Under the pieces are notes generated by a model that did not search any database, was not told where the DNA came from, and worked only from the letters and a program-made list of their open reading frames with translations. A DNA stretch of 64,000 bases from Dudresnaya verticillata (taxonomy: Eukaryota): positions 2,108,001 to 2,172,000 of the forward strand of contig OZ374560.1 of assembly GCA_977862235.1 (NCBI GenBank), written 5' to 3'. Made by a program: the position numbers and the translations under genes. Below are positions 23,900 through 35,660 of this stretch, piece by piece. The number at the start of each line of letters is the position of its first letter. Positions within the stretch are counted from its first letter, which is position 1.

Positions 23900-26190
23900 A
23901 GGTTATTCTTGATGAAATCCATTCAAAGTATCCTATCACCGGTAAAGGGTGTGGAGCTATCCTTCGGAAAGAGAGCAGTTACGTGGGGACCGACTGGGTT
24001 GTGAGTTGGAAGTAGACAGGGGAAACGCGTGGCTGCAGGCGTCCCGGATAGATGAGATTGTGTCGGAGATGGCGCAGAGGTCAGCGGCGAGTGGTTCTGG
24101 GAGCGACAGGGCTTGGAGAGATTGGGCGAGGGGTCGAACTTCCTCGCGGGCAATTGGGCAGGGCAGCGGAATAGGGAACGTCCCCAGGTGCCAACGAATT
24201 GATAGTTTCCTGTCTCTGTGGTATGGTAGCTCCAGGGCTGGTGGTAATCGATGCGGCTGTACATTGGGGCAGGACGTCGACCACATAGCGCCGCACGCCA
24301 TTCCTGTAGCAGCAAGTCGCGGAGTTCTCGCCGCGCTCGGGATTTTTTGGATGCATCCCAGCAAGCAATACGCGGTGTGGCCTGGAGAGCAGAAAGCGTT
24401 CTTCGGGCGTACCAGGAGGAGGAAGCGCTGCTAAGCCGGCGAGACGTTGTAGCGCAGCGCAGAAGCTCCGTTGCACGATCTTCTGGCGAAGGAGAGGAGG
24501 TTCGAGGCGTAATTCCGCTTAATTACTCTTAAGAGGGCTCTGAGCTTCCGCAAGCGTTGGGCAGACATTCTAGACGACCTCTGGGAGACTAGAAGGCGGA
24601 AGAAAGTTGTGTCCAAGCTGTCAATCGCGCGACATACGGCTGGGATGTATGGGGTAATGGCACAGCCGTGTTCGTAGACGGGGCGAACAAATGTATGGTA
24701 GATATGACGAGCAGCGTGTGCGGGCATCTCGGAGGAGATGTGGCCTAATGAGACAAGTGTTCTAAGTTGGCGCTTCGCAGTAGCTATGCGTTGTAGGGTC
24801 GCTGAGTCCAAAGCTCCCTCCGGCGAGATCTGGATGCCAAGATAGCGCGCGTCGCATATGACGTCGATTGGTTGGCCATCAATGAGGAATGTGGTTGAGC
24901 TAGGGCGTATGCGATGTCGTTTTGGGAGGAGGATGGCACACTTGGGGGCAGACCATTGCATTCCATTCTGTTCGGCCCATGCTTGGCATACTTTAAGCGC
25001 AGCTCGCAGCTTGGCCGGGTTGCCAACATGGAGAATACAGTCATCGGCAAATGGGCGACCCGGCGGGTTGTCGTCGGTGGACCCGAGTGCACTGCAGAGG
25101 TCGTAGGCCAGGGAATCGATGAAGAGGTTGAAGAGGATTGGACTTAGTGGGGATCCCTGTATCACGCCGCGTCGTACTTCTGCACTCTCGTTACTTGCAT
25201 CATCTGCCGTGCGGATTTGTATTGCCACGAGGGTGTTAGCGATCATGGGAGTCAAATGCGGTGGCAGCCGCTCTTCACAGCATGCGAGTAGCTTATGTCT
25301 GTCTACTCGGTCATATGTGTAGTGCAACCCTCCGAATGAGGGTCGCAACCAACACAACCCACGAGTCCGACGTGGGAGGGTAGCCGCGGAGACGCGTGTG
25401 AGCGTGTCAGTGCGTGGTAGGGTAGAGCAAGGGAAAGGCCCCAGTGTGCGGACTATAAACACACACCAAAGCCGTGTGAGCACGTAGTGAGCCAGGAGAT
25501 GGGAGCACCGGCACAGCAAGCGTGTGAACACGAAGGTAGAAAGGGTGTCAGCACCACAGGCATACGTAGCCCAGCTCCGCGATGGCTTCACTCGCCAAGC
25601 GCACGGAGGTAGGGGGTACCCTAAGTGTGGAGCCGAAGCTTGGTTGGGTTTACTGTAGGAGGTCGGTCCTAGCCCCTTAAGTCCCACCGCCGGCGGCGGC
25701 GCCGCGGCGGTGGCGACTAGGGCTACCGTACACTAGCAAATAAACTAACACTAGAGTACAATAAACTAACACTACAGTAGCACAGTGTACCTACTGTACG
25801 TACACCGACACCAGCACGCTGTAAGACTTGTAATGACGCGTGCGTGTGCGCGTGTGCACGTGTCACGCGTGTTGTGCGTGTCTTGCGCGCGCTCGCGTGG
25901 CGGTGGCTGTAAGGCGGCGAGTGCGGCCCTGTAAAGGCGACGGCGGGGGAAAACCCCAAGTGTGGGCGCGGGCCCACTGTAGTGGTCAGCCACGGTCCAA
26001 TGGGAAAGCCCAGCTTGGCGGCGCGCGTCGCGGACGCGCGCGAGCGATCACGCGCAAAAATGGGGTTATCAACCCCCAGCTCGGAGAGGGCCTGGGCGTT
26101 GCACCACAATATGCGCTCTTTAGGTCCAGTACACCAATGTAGTCATCTCCAGCAATGCTTGCTGCAAGCGTGAGTACAGCAGCCATGAAG
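23900..26190 (-). mobile_element. 5'-truncated LINE-type RT element interrupted by a solo LTR
   Basis: VLDLKSAY | DRVD..RLPPHL, RRGVIQGSPLSPILFNLFID, FADD, RYLGI, YHTFVRPVYEHG. 3' end approximate. Confidence 0.9.
25318..26108. repeat. Solo LTR (791 bp), TSD ATATG
   Basis: TGTAGTGCAAC...GTTGCACCACA termini. ATATG at 25313-25317 and 26109-26113. Removing it restores KSAYDRVD in the LINE RT. Confidence 0.95.
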
Positions 26191-26251
26191 TGCGCTCAGA
26201 AATATTTACTAATGGTGGCTACCGTGCCATGGAGGTTCCGGAACAGGCCTT

Positions 26252-26518
26252 CTAGGATTCGGAGCGGGAGGATCGTGGGCTGGATTGGGCCTCCACAGAT
26301 GTCATCACCGCTTGTAGGGCAAACATAGCCTGCGATAAGGCCAATGTTATACTGCGATGGACCCGATGGAAGACACTGCCAACCATGCGCAGAGCCGCTC
26401 GCTGCAGACGGGCAACCAGCTGACTTAGCTCATCCTGCGCGCTCCTAAGTTGCTGGAATTCTTCTTCAAGCTCAACGAGTTGCGCTTCGACATCGAGACT
26501 TATATCATCCGTTTGCAT
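26252..26518 (-). CDS. Small coiled-coil hypothetical protein (88 aa)
   Basis: VEAQLVELEEEFQQLRSAQDELSQLVARLQR heptads. The ATG overlaps the upstream stop (TGATG). Confidence 0.5.
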   Translation of the reverse strand: MQTDDISLDVEAQLVELEEEFQQLRSAQDELSQLVARLQRAALRMVGSVFHRVHRSITLALSQAMFALQAVMTSVEAQSSPRSSRSES

Positions 26519-26790
26519 CAGGGTTGTTCCGTGACTTCAGACTCCTCGTTTCTGTGGGCAAGGTGGCGCTGCAAAGCCGCGATATGTACCCTTGCTTCTG
26601 TAAGTTTCTCCTGGATGAAGACAAGCAGACGGTTGATTTGACACACAACTGGCCACCCTAGTCGTTGAAGCTCACGCGACAAGTACGATACCGTCTCCCG
26701 AATGGTCCTGATCTCCCCCTGTAGTGTAGCTATTCTCTCCTGAGTGGAATGCAGCCTCCCTTCTCTTGTCTCTTGATACATGATGTGCAT
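26518..26790 (-). CDS. Small coiled-coil hypothetical protein (90 aa)
   Basis: LHSTQERIATLQGEIRTIRETVSYLSRELQRL heptads. Confidence 0.5.
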   Translation of the reverse strand: MHIMYQETREGRLHSTQERIATLQGEIRTIRETVSYLSRELQRLGWPVVCQINRLLVFIQEKLTEARVHIAALQRHLAHRNEESEVTEQP

Positions 26791-27553
26791 AAGGTAGAGT
26801 CTGGAACGTTTGTCTCACGGCAAACTTCAAATTTGCAGACTGGTACTTGATGCACAGGTTGGTGCATGTTTGCAAACTGGTGAAAAGCCAGCTGTAGCCC
26901 ACGGCAGCTCATTGGATTGACTTGTCCTTCTTCTGCAAGAAAAATCACGGGGTATCGAGACGTAAACATCAACGCAGCCGGCAGCCGGGGTCGTACTTCT
27001 CAGCCCCTCTCGATGCTATTTCTTATCCTTGACGCCCATCAATACTACCCGCTTGTGGTCTCATGGCGGAATAGAGCAGTCTGCAGGGCGTACCCTTGCA
27101 ATACCGAGTACTGCTTCTTGATTGACGGGACTCGAGATTCGCGACTTGTCCGTTCTGATTGGTAATATGGCACGCTCGTCTCTCGAATCAGACTGTTTTG
27201 TTCGCACTGGCGCTACAGTGTATGGCGGAATGGAGTGGTGCATACAGAGCAAGAGGGAAGCCCTTCCAATACCAGTCGTTTTAACTGGGATCCGTAGCAA
27301 CTGTGGGCATGCGCAAGCCTGTCATGCAGAACGCCCCACCGCCTCTGGAACAGTATTATATTGGTGTCGTTTCAGAAGCGCCCTCGGCCCTCCCGAGTAT
27401 TTCAGCTCTTCAGAGCAAGTAGCGCACAGCTATCGCGCCCTAGCCGGAACATCTATTTTGTTCCTTCACTTCACCCGCCCTGAGTGCAAGGAGCATCTTG
27501 CACTAGTGAGTTGCAAAAGGCTCAGACTCCCCTGCAGAAAGGGGTAGTAGGAC

Positions 27554-28814
27554 ATGGCCCAAGCCTCATCTGGGCAGGTTTCGAAAGCAGCAAACGTTCC
27601 AGTTCAGAACGACGACGACTTCGGCGATGAGCTGCTTCCCCGGAACAAAGCCCGGCGCACGAGTCATGCTCACTCTCAACGGGGAACACGTTGCTACAGC
27701 AACCCTGCTACGACCTCACGATTTCAGGGAGGGTGCCGTTGATCCCAGTGGTCGATTCAGCACATACCTGCACGGGCGCAACCTTGGGCCTCAACAACGT
27801 GATGGAGAAGTATGGGTTGTAGTTCACCTCGTGCGATGCCTCCACAACTGCAATTCCTACGAAAACCCGTTCCAGTGCAAACCAGGCAGTACGCCTTGTC
27901 CGGAGACACTGAGTCGAATGCAGACTGGAAAACACGCCTGGGACCTATTCCAGATTGAGGATCTCGTAACCATCTACAATACAGAGCGCAGAAAAAGCTC
28001 AGGTGCAACTGTCTCCGGAGTGGAAAAACGTGCGGTGGCTGACGCTAACCCACCAACACCCCCTCTGCTCAGGGTTCGCAAACCCGCTCCTCACCCAAAA
28101 CAGCAGCATGATGCGGAAGAAATGGCAGCGGTGAACAGCCCTTCAACACCACCACCAGAGAAAGGCAATGAAGAGGATGAAGTCACAAAACTTCTGCAAT
28201 ACACACCTTTACGCCGGCCACCTATGCGTGAACGACCCCAGAAACCACCCAAGAATAACGTCCCGGACGCCTTACCAGTCTCTTCGGCCCCAGTGTCTCT
28301 TGAACCCACGACTACACCTGTGGAAGAGAGAGATCCTCGTGTAGGTGTGACAGACAGAGTCGATGCAGATCTGAAACAAAACTCTGCTAGGGCTGTCGGA
28401 TCTATTCCTTCTCGAGGAAAAGGAGCAAGCGACGAAGAGAACTGTATCATGCCCCAGCCATGCCCTGCACACAATGTCAGACGTACGCCTGAAAGCAGTT
28501 CGGGTTTTAGTAGTGGCGCACCATAACCCGACCCTGATGCTACCCCGGCATTGGCCGCGAGTACTAACACAAAGGGTGACGTGGAACGAACGCCGGGTGC
28601 TGATGGCTCGGAAATAGAGCACGGTGAGGAGCAATCAGATGCTGCGACGTTGGATCTGGTGAGCGACGCAGAGGTGGAAGGTGGAAGTGATGGAATATTA
28701 GAAGACGAAGATACTGGAAGCGACCAGGAAATTGAGGACCTCACCAAGGACGCAGATTACATCGCAGGGCATTCGCGCGAAAACAGCGCAACGCTCACGA
28801 CCCCTCTGATATGA
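27554..28814 (+). pseudogene. Protein with N-terminal Tnp1/En/Spm-like domain and long P/E/D-rich disordered tail (disrupted)
   Basis: PGARVMLTLNGEHVATATL..YLHGRNL..VWVVV..NPF..ETLS..AWD aligns by eye with the C-terminal domain of the MTase ORF. Frameshift near 27630 and in-frame stop at 28526. Confidence 0.6.
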
Positions 28815-30754
28815 GGTGCCCCATAGCGCCCTTTTTGGCAAATCCAAAGGGGAAAACCTCTACACCGATTGCAGCAAATCGCAGTCGCGCGCTACGGCTG
28901 CCTCCAAGTCGTCTACCACTGATCCTTCCAAAGCAGCTATGCTTACAGCGGAATTCCGTAATCGCGGGGTTGAACCACCAATGACCTTAGGCATCCGATC
29001 GCCCGTGGGAAGGAGACGCCGCCACACCGGGTGTGCACTAAAAGTGGAATTCCACATCGTGAGATGTACGCATCAGGCCCGGCACGACGCCCCCCTCTGA
29101 TATGTGGCCTCCCACAACGCACCTTTTTGTTCAGCAAACAATGGGGAACACCCCTACGAAGAACATGGCAAACCTCTGCCGTCGCCCCTAATTCGTCTAC
29201 AGCCGACACTACCCAGACAACTAGGCCTAGAACGGAATTCGGTATGCGTCAAGCCGAGACATCGACGGTTCTGCGTACACCCCCACGATGAGGGGATGCC
29301 TCTGCATGCGTATGCGCAATTGTGTGACACTACAGCGGCCCCTACCGCTACCTCATTCGCAACCGTGGCACTCCACACGACTGAGTGCCCGCGTCCTAGC
29401 CCATTGCTACCAACCGCCACTATGTTGCACGACATCCGCTCCCCCGACTACGCCCCTTCTCACTCCGTCGAACTCGACTAGGCGTTTATGGCCCCCTTTT
29501 TTTTGGGTTCGACCTACCGCCCAACTATCCAGGGAGACGCCTACGCGAACTGGTCAGCGTGCACAATAGGCAAACACACCCGGTAACAGATTTCTGTACA
29601 CACAATTAAGGTGGCCAGACCACAGTACGCGACTGGCCCACTGTACCCACTGCGGCGGGCACGCAGGCCACGTGCCGCAGGCCACGCCATCACCGCCTAT
29701 TGGTTAATAATGGTGCCGACGTGCCCCGCACCAATCATCCGCGTCTTGTACGCATACAGCGGCCCACCCTAGCGGACAACCGCAACTGCTCCTCGCCTTC
29801 TCCCCCAAGTCGATCACGACTAAGTCGAAATATGGAGCTATGCCCAAAACGGAACTCCGTACATACTGCCCTTAGCCAACAACGGTCTTGAGCAGTCGCA
29901 AGCCAAGCGGCCGGGGCACATCTAGGTGCAAGTCGCTGGCGAAATGTGGACTCCTACGCTACGCGGCGCATGGCTCCATGACGACATCCGCGCCCCGTCG
30001 CCAGCCGACAACAACCCACGTGGGTTACTTCGCTTTACGCCACCTAAGGGGACTTCCCGGAATAGCAACACAACAATGCGGAATTGCCGCTTTTTCTCCA
30101 CTACGCCCGGTTCTCTGTCGGGCAAGTCGAGTATTGGGGAACACCCCACATTTGGGTCCATCAGTGGATTTCCACGCCAGCGGCTGCCATTCTGCGGGGA
30201 TATCCGCTTGTTCGCCCGCGTCTGCAATTGCCGTGTTCAGCTCGTTTTTGTTTTATCCCGCATTAGAGCCAAGGCCCGGATGCTCCGGTCTACTGCAGAT
30301 GATGCCGGTCTTCGGCTGTGGATGGAGTCACAGGCGTCAACGCCGAAGTTCAGCCCTGTTTGTGCACTCTGAATGCTCCGGAACTTGTCGATTTTCGATT
30401 TCGTGCTCTGTTAGAGTGTGCAGTACTGAAAAAGGGGAAATGTCTCATACACGGCCCATCTATGAAACAAATGGGAAAGGGCCGCAAGACACCGAGACAG
30501 GGGCCGCAGCGACCCCCTGAGTAGCCCCACGGCTATCGCGGTTGCTGTAAGGCACTTACAGTCGTCCGGACTGGACGGTCCACTAGAGGACCAATCGGGC
30601 CATAAAGAGGACCAGTCGGTCCACTAACTGGACCGATATGAGAAAAATGGCTGAGGATAGCGTACCGCATATCTGCAACAGCATTGAACAGGTTGGTTCG
30701 GCTGCGGAGACCGCCGAGCACCTCGTACCGTCCACTGCCTTCCGGAATGAAAGC

Positions 30755-31528
30755 TGTAGTATAGACGTCGGGTCGATCCGACGTCTGATACTTGCTGGTC
30801 CGAAGCCGCCACACAGACCCGTCGATGGGTAGCTGTTGGGGTTGGTAGAGCGGTGTCGGCCGCGTGCGCCCCGCAGGTGCGGATCGACGGCGTCGATGCC
30901 GGAGCGCGCACGGGGCGTACCGTACGCGGGCAGGCAGCGGCCGGATCCCAGCGTCCCTGTCGAAGGGCGGCACGAAGCCGACGGAAAGGAAAAGGAAAGG
31001 GGAAAGCCTAGCGAGGCAAGGGGAAAAAGGGAAACCGCCCGCTGGCGTAAGGCAAAGGGATCGAACCCGAAAAGGCTGGGGGCAAGCTTCAGCGCGAGCT
31101 GTTGCTTGCCCGGTTTACTGAGCCGTCGATGGCCGACGGTCTTAAATACCCTACACTATGTGCACTACGTCTACTTCTACAGTAGGTGCGCCCCACAACA
31201 TCAACGCGGGAGGTGTGCGAGCGCGCGCCCATACACGTGTCGACACGTCCGGGTAACGGTTACCCGTGGGCGCGCGCGGGGCGTAACGGGCAGCGGCCCT
31301 CTCAACAGCTCGATGCCGGAGAGCGTCACAGGGGCGCGCCGTGTGCGGCACGGCGCGCGGCCGCTGCCGGCAGCAATGCGGTCGACCGCTACTAATTCAA
31401 CGAAAAAACTAAGGGCACGCTGCCCAACCACGACTCGTCAGCGGGCGTCATCGTGTGCACCATTGCAGTGCGGCGCTGCCAGCATACCTTACAGCCGCTG
31501 CTGATAGTGTGCTGACAGCTATACTACA
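30755..31528. repeat. Solo LTR (774 bp), TSD AAAGC/AGAGC
   Basis: Perfect 10-bp terminal IR TGTAGTATAG...CTATACTACA. The 5-bp flanks differ at one position. Confidence 0.85.
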
Positions 31529-31660
31529 AGAGCAAAAGTCGGATTGCCACATATGAGCATATATCTATTGCAGATTGTGCCTGCTGAGAAGGGCAACGTA
31601 ATCTTCGGTGGGATACCCACATCGTTCGTGGGTTGGGCTCGCAAGGGCTCACCTCTTAAC

Positions 31661-32274
31661 GGGGGGGAGATGTGGTGCAACTCACCTGTGCTCATTTCCC
31701 TCAAATCGCGGATTCACCGCCAGCAATGTACTTGGGGACTGCCCCTGTAAGGCGCCCGGCCTGTAAGTCGTGCGCGCCGGTGGTGACGGGTGGCAGATTA
31801 TGGTGGCGGATCTTCGCTACTGTACCCGCTGTCAGGAGCCCTTAATTTTAGTTACTTTTAGTTAATCCCTTTCCGCGTGCCACGAATTGCCAAGTGGCAC
31901 ACTCCCTTCCCCACTTCATTTGCGGCGCATCCGCGTGTACATAGTATAGTAGGGCCCCGAGGTGCACCCTCATACAATAAACAGCCAAGCTTGGGCCCAG
32001 CGAGACATACCCTCCTACCCTACCGACTCCGTCGCTAGGCTGGACTCCAGTACGTACGCTACCCTTCTTCATCGTACAGAATCCTGTTTTTCTCTTATTT
32101 TTCCTTTGTTTTCTCTTTCTATCTAGGGTAACCCCCTTTCTCGGCATTGTAGTGTTTTACAGTCGCATTACGGGGCTACTCCCCTGCTCTACCGCTACTA
32201 CCTCACCTGCTACCACCAGGCCCCCGAACTGCCTGAGGTGCATCCTCGATTCTACCGAGTGGGATTGCACCAAA
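31661..32274 (+). mobile_element. PPT plus 3' LTR remnant of another LTR retrotransposon
   Basis: GGGGGGGAGA (31661-31670) directly followed by TGTGGTGCAAC. Probable end TTGCACCAAA at 32265-32274. Confidence 0.6.
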
Positions 32275-33616
32275 GCTTGCGGCTGTAAGGAGTGTAGATC
32301 CACGCGTGTGCGTGGTTGGACTCACGTGGTGAACTACGCCTGGTTCTGTCAGATGCGCGGCTGCATGCCGGACGCAACGTGTCAGACGCGCCTGGGGACA
32401 ACACGTGTCCCGAGTTCCCGCGCGACGCGTCCGCACTGTGGTATTGACGCTCTGCGCAAAACGACTCCGTGGTCTACGTGAAAATAATCGAAAAATACGA
32501 ATTTCGAAGTGACTCCGTGAATGCGCGCGCCACGATGGCAAACCTATTACAGTGCGCATACTGTGAGCACGCCACGATGGCATTCGCATTACAGCACGCA
32601 CGCCATACGAAATCGCTGACACCTCCGGACGAATTCCGAGCTGACTTCGTGATCGCGCGCGCCACGATGGCATTCGCATTACAGTGCGCACCCGATACGA
32701 AATCGCTGACACCTTCGTGACCTTCCCGTTGTTTCCTGCGCGTAACGGCACCGAGGCCCACGACGCGCGTGCACCTCCATATGCATCGCTAGCGCACTTC
32801 GTAACCGCCACCATACGTGAGACGACCGTTCGTTGGCACCGAGGCCGTTACGAATCATTCGAGTACGAACCGTCTCCCGCGTTGACGGGTATTCGTGCCG
32901 ACGTAGTATTACTTAGCCAGTCGTCTGGCACAACCTCCGAGGGTTTCCGGTAAGCGACTAGCGCCCGGACCTCGGAGTCTTCGGTGAACGCCTGTTTCTT
33001 CGAGTTCGCTGTCTTCGTCTGCGTGACCGCGGATACGGTCGAGCCTCGCTTTCGATACCCCCGCGCACCCGGAGTCATCCCCGGTGATCGATCGCTCGAG
33101 TTCTCCCTTCCGCACACGAATACGTTGACACCATGGTCCTTTGTGTTGGTCGCTCCGCTCTACCACGCTACCACCCCTTTTCCTTTCTTCGTTAGGCTAC
33201 GAGGCCACATGTTAGGCTCCGAGGCCATTACTTACAGTGTGAGACTTCCCCGCGTCACCGTGGACTTCGTTATACCACACGCACCGCCGCCGCTAGGTAG
33301 GTGTTCTATACTTACGTGATCCGTCCCAGACGTGAAGGTAAAATCCCGTAGGCTTCTCCGCTAGTGCGTACCTCTCACCACTACCGAAGGCAACTGCCCA
33401 GCTCCACCCGCCCTTCCGCTTCAGCCTACGTCCACAACGTGTTCCTCTCTCTTTCCCTCTCTATCTCTCTCTGGTTTTGCCTTTACCGCCCAGGGCGTTT
33501 ACAGTCCGTCCTTGGCGAGTTTCCCTGGCTCTGCCACAACCTCCGCTACAAGCGGCTACCCACTGGGTAGCGAACAACCCGGAGGTTTGAACCGTCTGAA
33601 GAAGTTTTGAACCACA
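32275..33616 (-). repeat. LTR-family sequence with internal tandem repeats
   Basis: Begins TGTGGTTCAAAAC on -. Shares blocks with 9447-9966 and 33685-34504. Internal 90-bp-period repeat at 32529-32715. Confidence 0.6.
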
Positions 33617-33684
33617 CCAAGGAATAACACGAAACACGGCGAACAATGTGAGGGTAGCGATGTGGTAAGCCGAAAAGTAAATGA

Positions 33685-34504
33685 TGTGGCGCACGGGGTC
33701 CGGGCTCTTATTTACTCGCCATGGGCGCACCGAGGCCGCGTCAACCGACGGACGGTCGCCTGAAACGGCTAGTTCGCCGTTGGCGCGTACACGTCATAGA
33801 CGATTCAATCGACGGACGCACGGGAGACGTGCCCCGCGACACGCGCGCCCGACGCACTGTACGGCACAACGCTGTAGAGCGGGTCTGGATGATGCATCGG
33901 GATCAACGAAGTGTAAGGGGCTTGACTGTCAGCTTGGCTCGAATCCCGATTGAATCCGGATCCGACATCCGGATCGGACTTCGGGATCCGCTGTAATGGA
34001 GGCGCGCCTGTAATACTGTCGTTAATCCGGATCCGAATCCGGATCGCCTACAGCACCGCGCAAGCGCGCTCCTGTAAGGCCCACACGACGGCGTACAGCT
34101 GCTGCACCGCCCCGGACGTGTCAGACGCACCCCCACGCGACACACGTCCCGGGTTCCCGCGCACTACGTCATGCAGCCGCCGCCCCGCGGCCCCGTAGCA
34201 TTACTTAGGTACCTCGTCTAGGACGTAGCAGTAAAGCCCCGGCAAGCCGGTTTGGGTCTGGACTCCCCTTTCGCGTCGCGCGCACTCCACAGCTACCCGA
34301 AGGCCTAAGAGTCTGTCTACCCGCGCTTCCGCGTCCGCTACCGTTCTGGACGTGTTTCTTTTCGGGTTTTCTTCCCCTTTCTACCTACCCTTTGGGCGTC
34401 TACAGTCCGCCCCTGGCGTATCATCGCCCTACCACTACGCGTTGCCGACGCGCTACCCGCTGAACTACTCAGGCGTGCCAACGTCAACGACGATTTGCAC
34501 GACA
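33685..34504 (-). repeat. Solo LTR (820 bp), TSD AATGA/AATGG
   Basis: TGTGGCGCAC...TTGCACGACA termini. Homologous to the 9447 insertion. Confidence 0.75.
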
Positions 34505-34543
34505 AATGGCAGTCTTTATAGATTTAAAGGCTTCATTCCTACC

Positions 34544-35295
34544 TGTAGTGCAACGATATTGCTCATTTTCATGTTACCATGTGATGAGCTCGTTACTCGC
34601 GAATGCGTACACACCTGTGGTTAGGTAGCACACGTGGCCTCGTCGTCTCACTTCGGACGCGCACAGCCCATTCTGGGCCCGCCTGCGCGCGCTCCTATTA
34701 CTTACCTTTCCCTTTACAGTAGTCAACACTCACAACACTCAGTTCACACTAGGTACACTGAGGTTTCAGTGTTACGTTATTCTAGGTAGTGTATGGTAGC
34801 CCTAGCTATCCTACCGTCGTGGCCAGGGCCTTAAGGCGAGTAGCGCCGGCCACCCTCAGTAAACCAACCCTAAGCATGGGCTCGGCAGATGCGTTCCCCG
34901 GCGCCTGCCCCACGAGCTCGTCGCTCGGCGTCACCTCGGGCTAAGGCTAGCCCAGCTGGCGCAACCCGTGCCAACCGTCTGTCCGACGCTCTCTACGCAG
35001 ACCCCCCCGCTGCTTTTCTCCGCGCCATGCTCGCAAGCCGCGGCTTCTTTTGTTGACCCGTCTCTTTCCCTTCATACACACTTCCCTTTCTGCTGTTCTC
35101 GCATTTTCGTTGGTGATTGCACGCATCCTTGGCGCTCGCGCCCAAACAGATCCAGAAGGTGTTTACGGTCCATGAGCGGGTTGATTACTAGCTCCAACAC
35201 CGCTTTCACGCGACCTTCACACGTGATTGCGCAGCTACTCTCCCGAGCCCGAACTCTTGGGGTCCTCAACAGCCGCGTACGGCTATTGCACCACA
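34544..35295. repeat. Solo LTR (752 bp), TSD CTACC/CTAAC
   Basis: TGTAGTGCAA...TTGCACCACA termini. Shares CTAGGGCTACC.TACACTA and GGTTTACTG blocks with 25318-26108 in the opposite orientation. Confidence 0.8.
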
Positions 35296-35660
35296 CTAAC
35301 CCATGTCGTGATGAAACAAAAACTAATAAAGACCATAATAATGGTTATTCTAAATGTCGCATAGCTGTAAGATCAGCTGTGCCACGCACGCGCAGCTGTA
35401 AAACCAGCTGCGCCACGTGTGCACCGCTGTGCCACGCTGTCAGCCGCTGGCGCCGAAGCCCCGCTGAACTGTAAGGAAGTGCGCAGTGGTGCCCGCGCGT
35501 GCACGTGTACGCGTGTGACACTGAAACTCTCGTGCAATTTCTACGTTTATTGTTGTGTCGTGTACAGCACCGTCTAGTGTAAGCGGCGATCGAACATCCT
35601 GCTGTCCCGCGAGCCGTGCGCACGCACTCCGGTGTAGAGCCGTTGAGTGAGTGACACGCG

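Noticed and set aside
25318..25687. N-terminal part of the 418-aa ORF 24431-25687
   Set aside because: Read-through from solo-LTR DNA. The true RT frame continues beyond 26108.
28816..30520. Possible further cargo genes
   Set aside because: Only short inconsistent frames, with no motif I could identify.
32529..32715. Possible CRISPR-like array
   Set aside because: Only 2-3 units, the intervening sequences are related rather than unique spacers, no cas genes, and eukaryotic LTR context.
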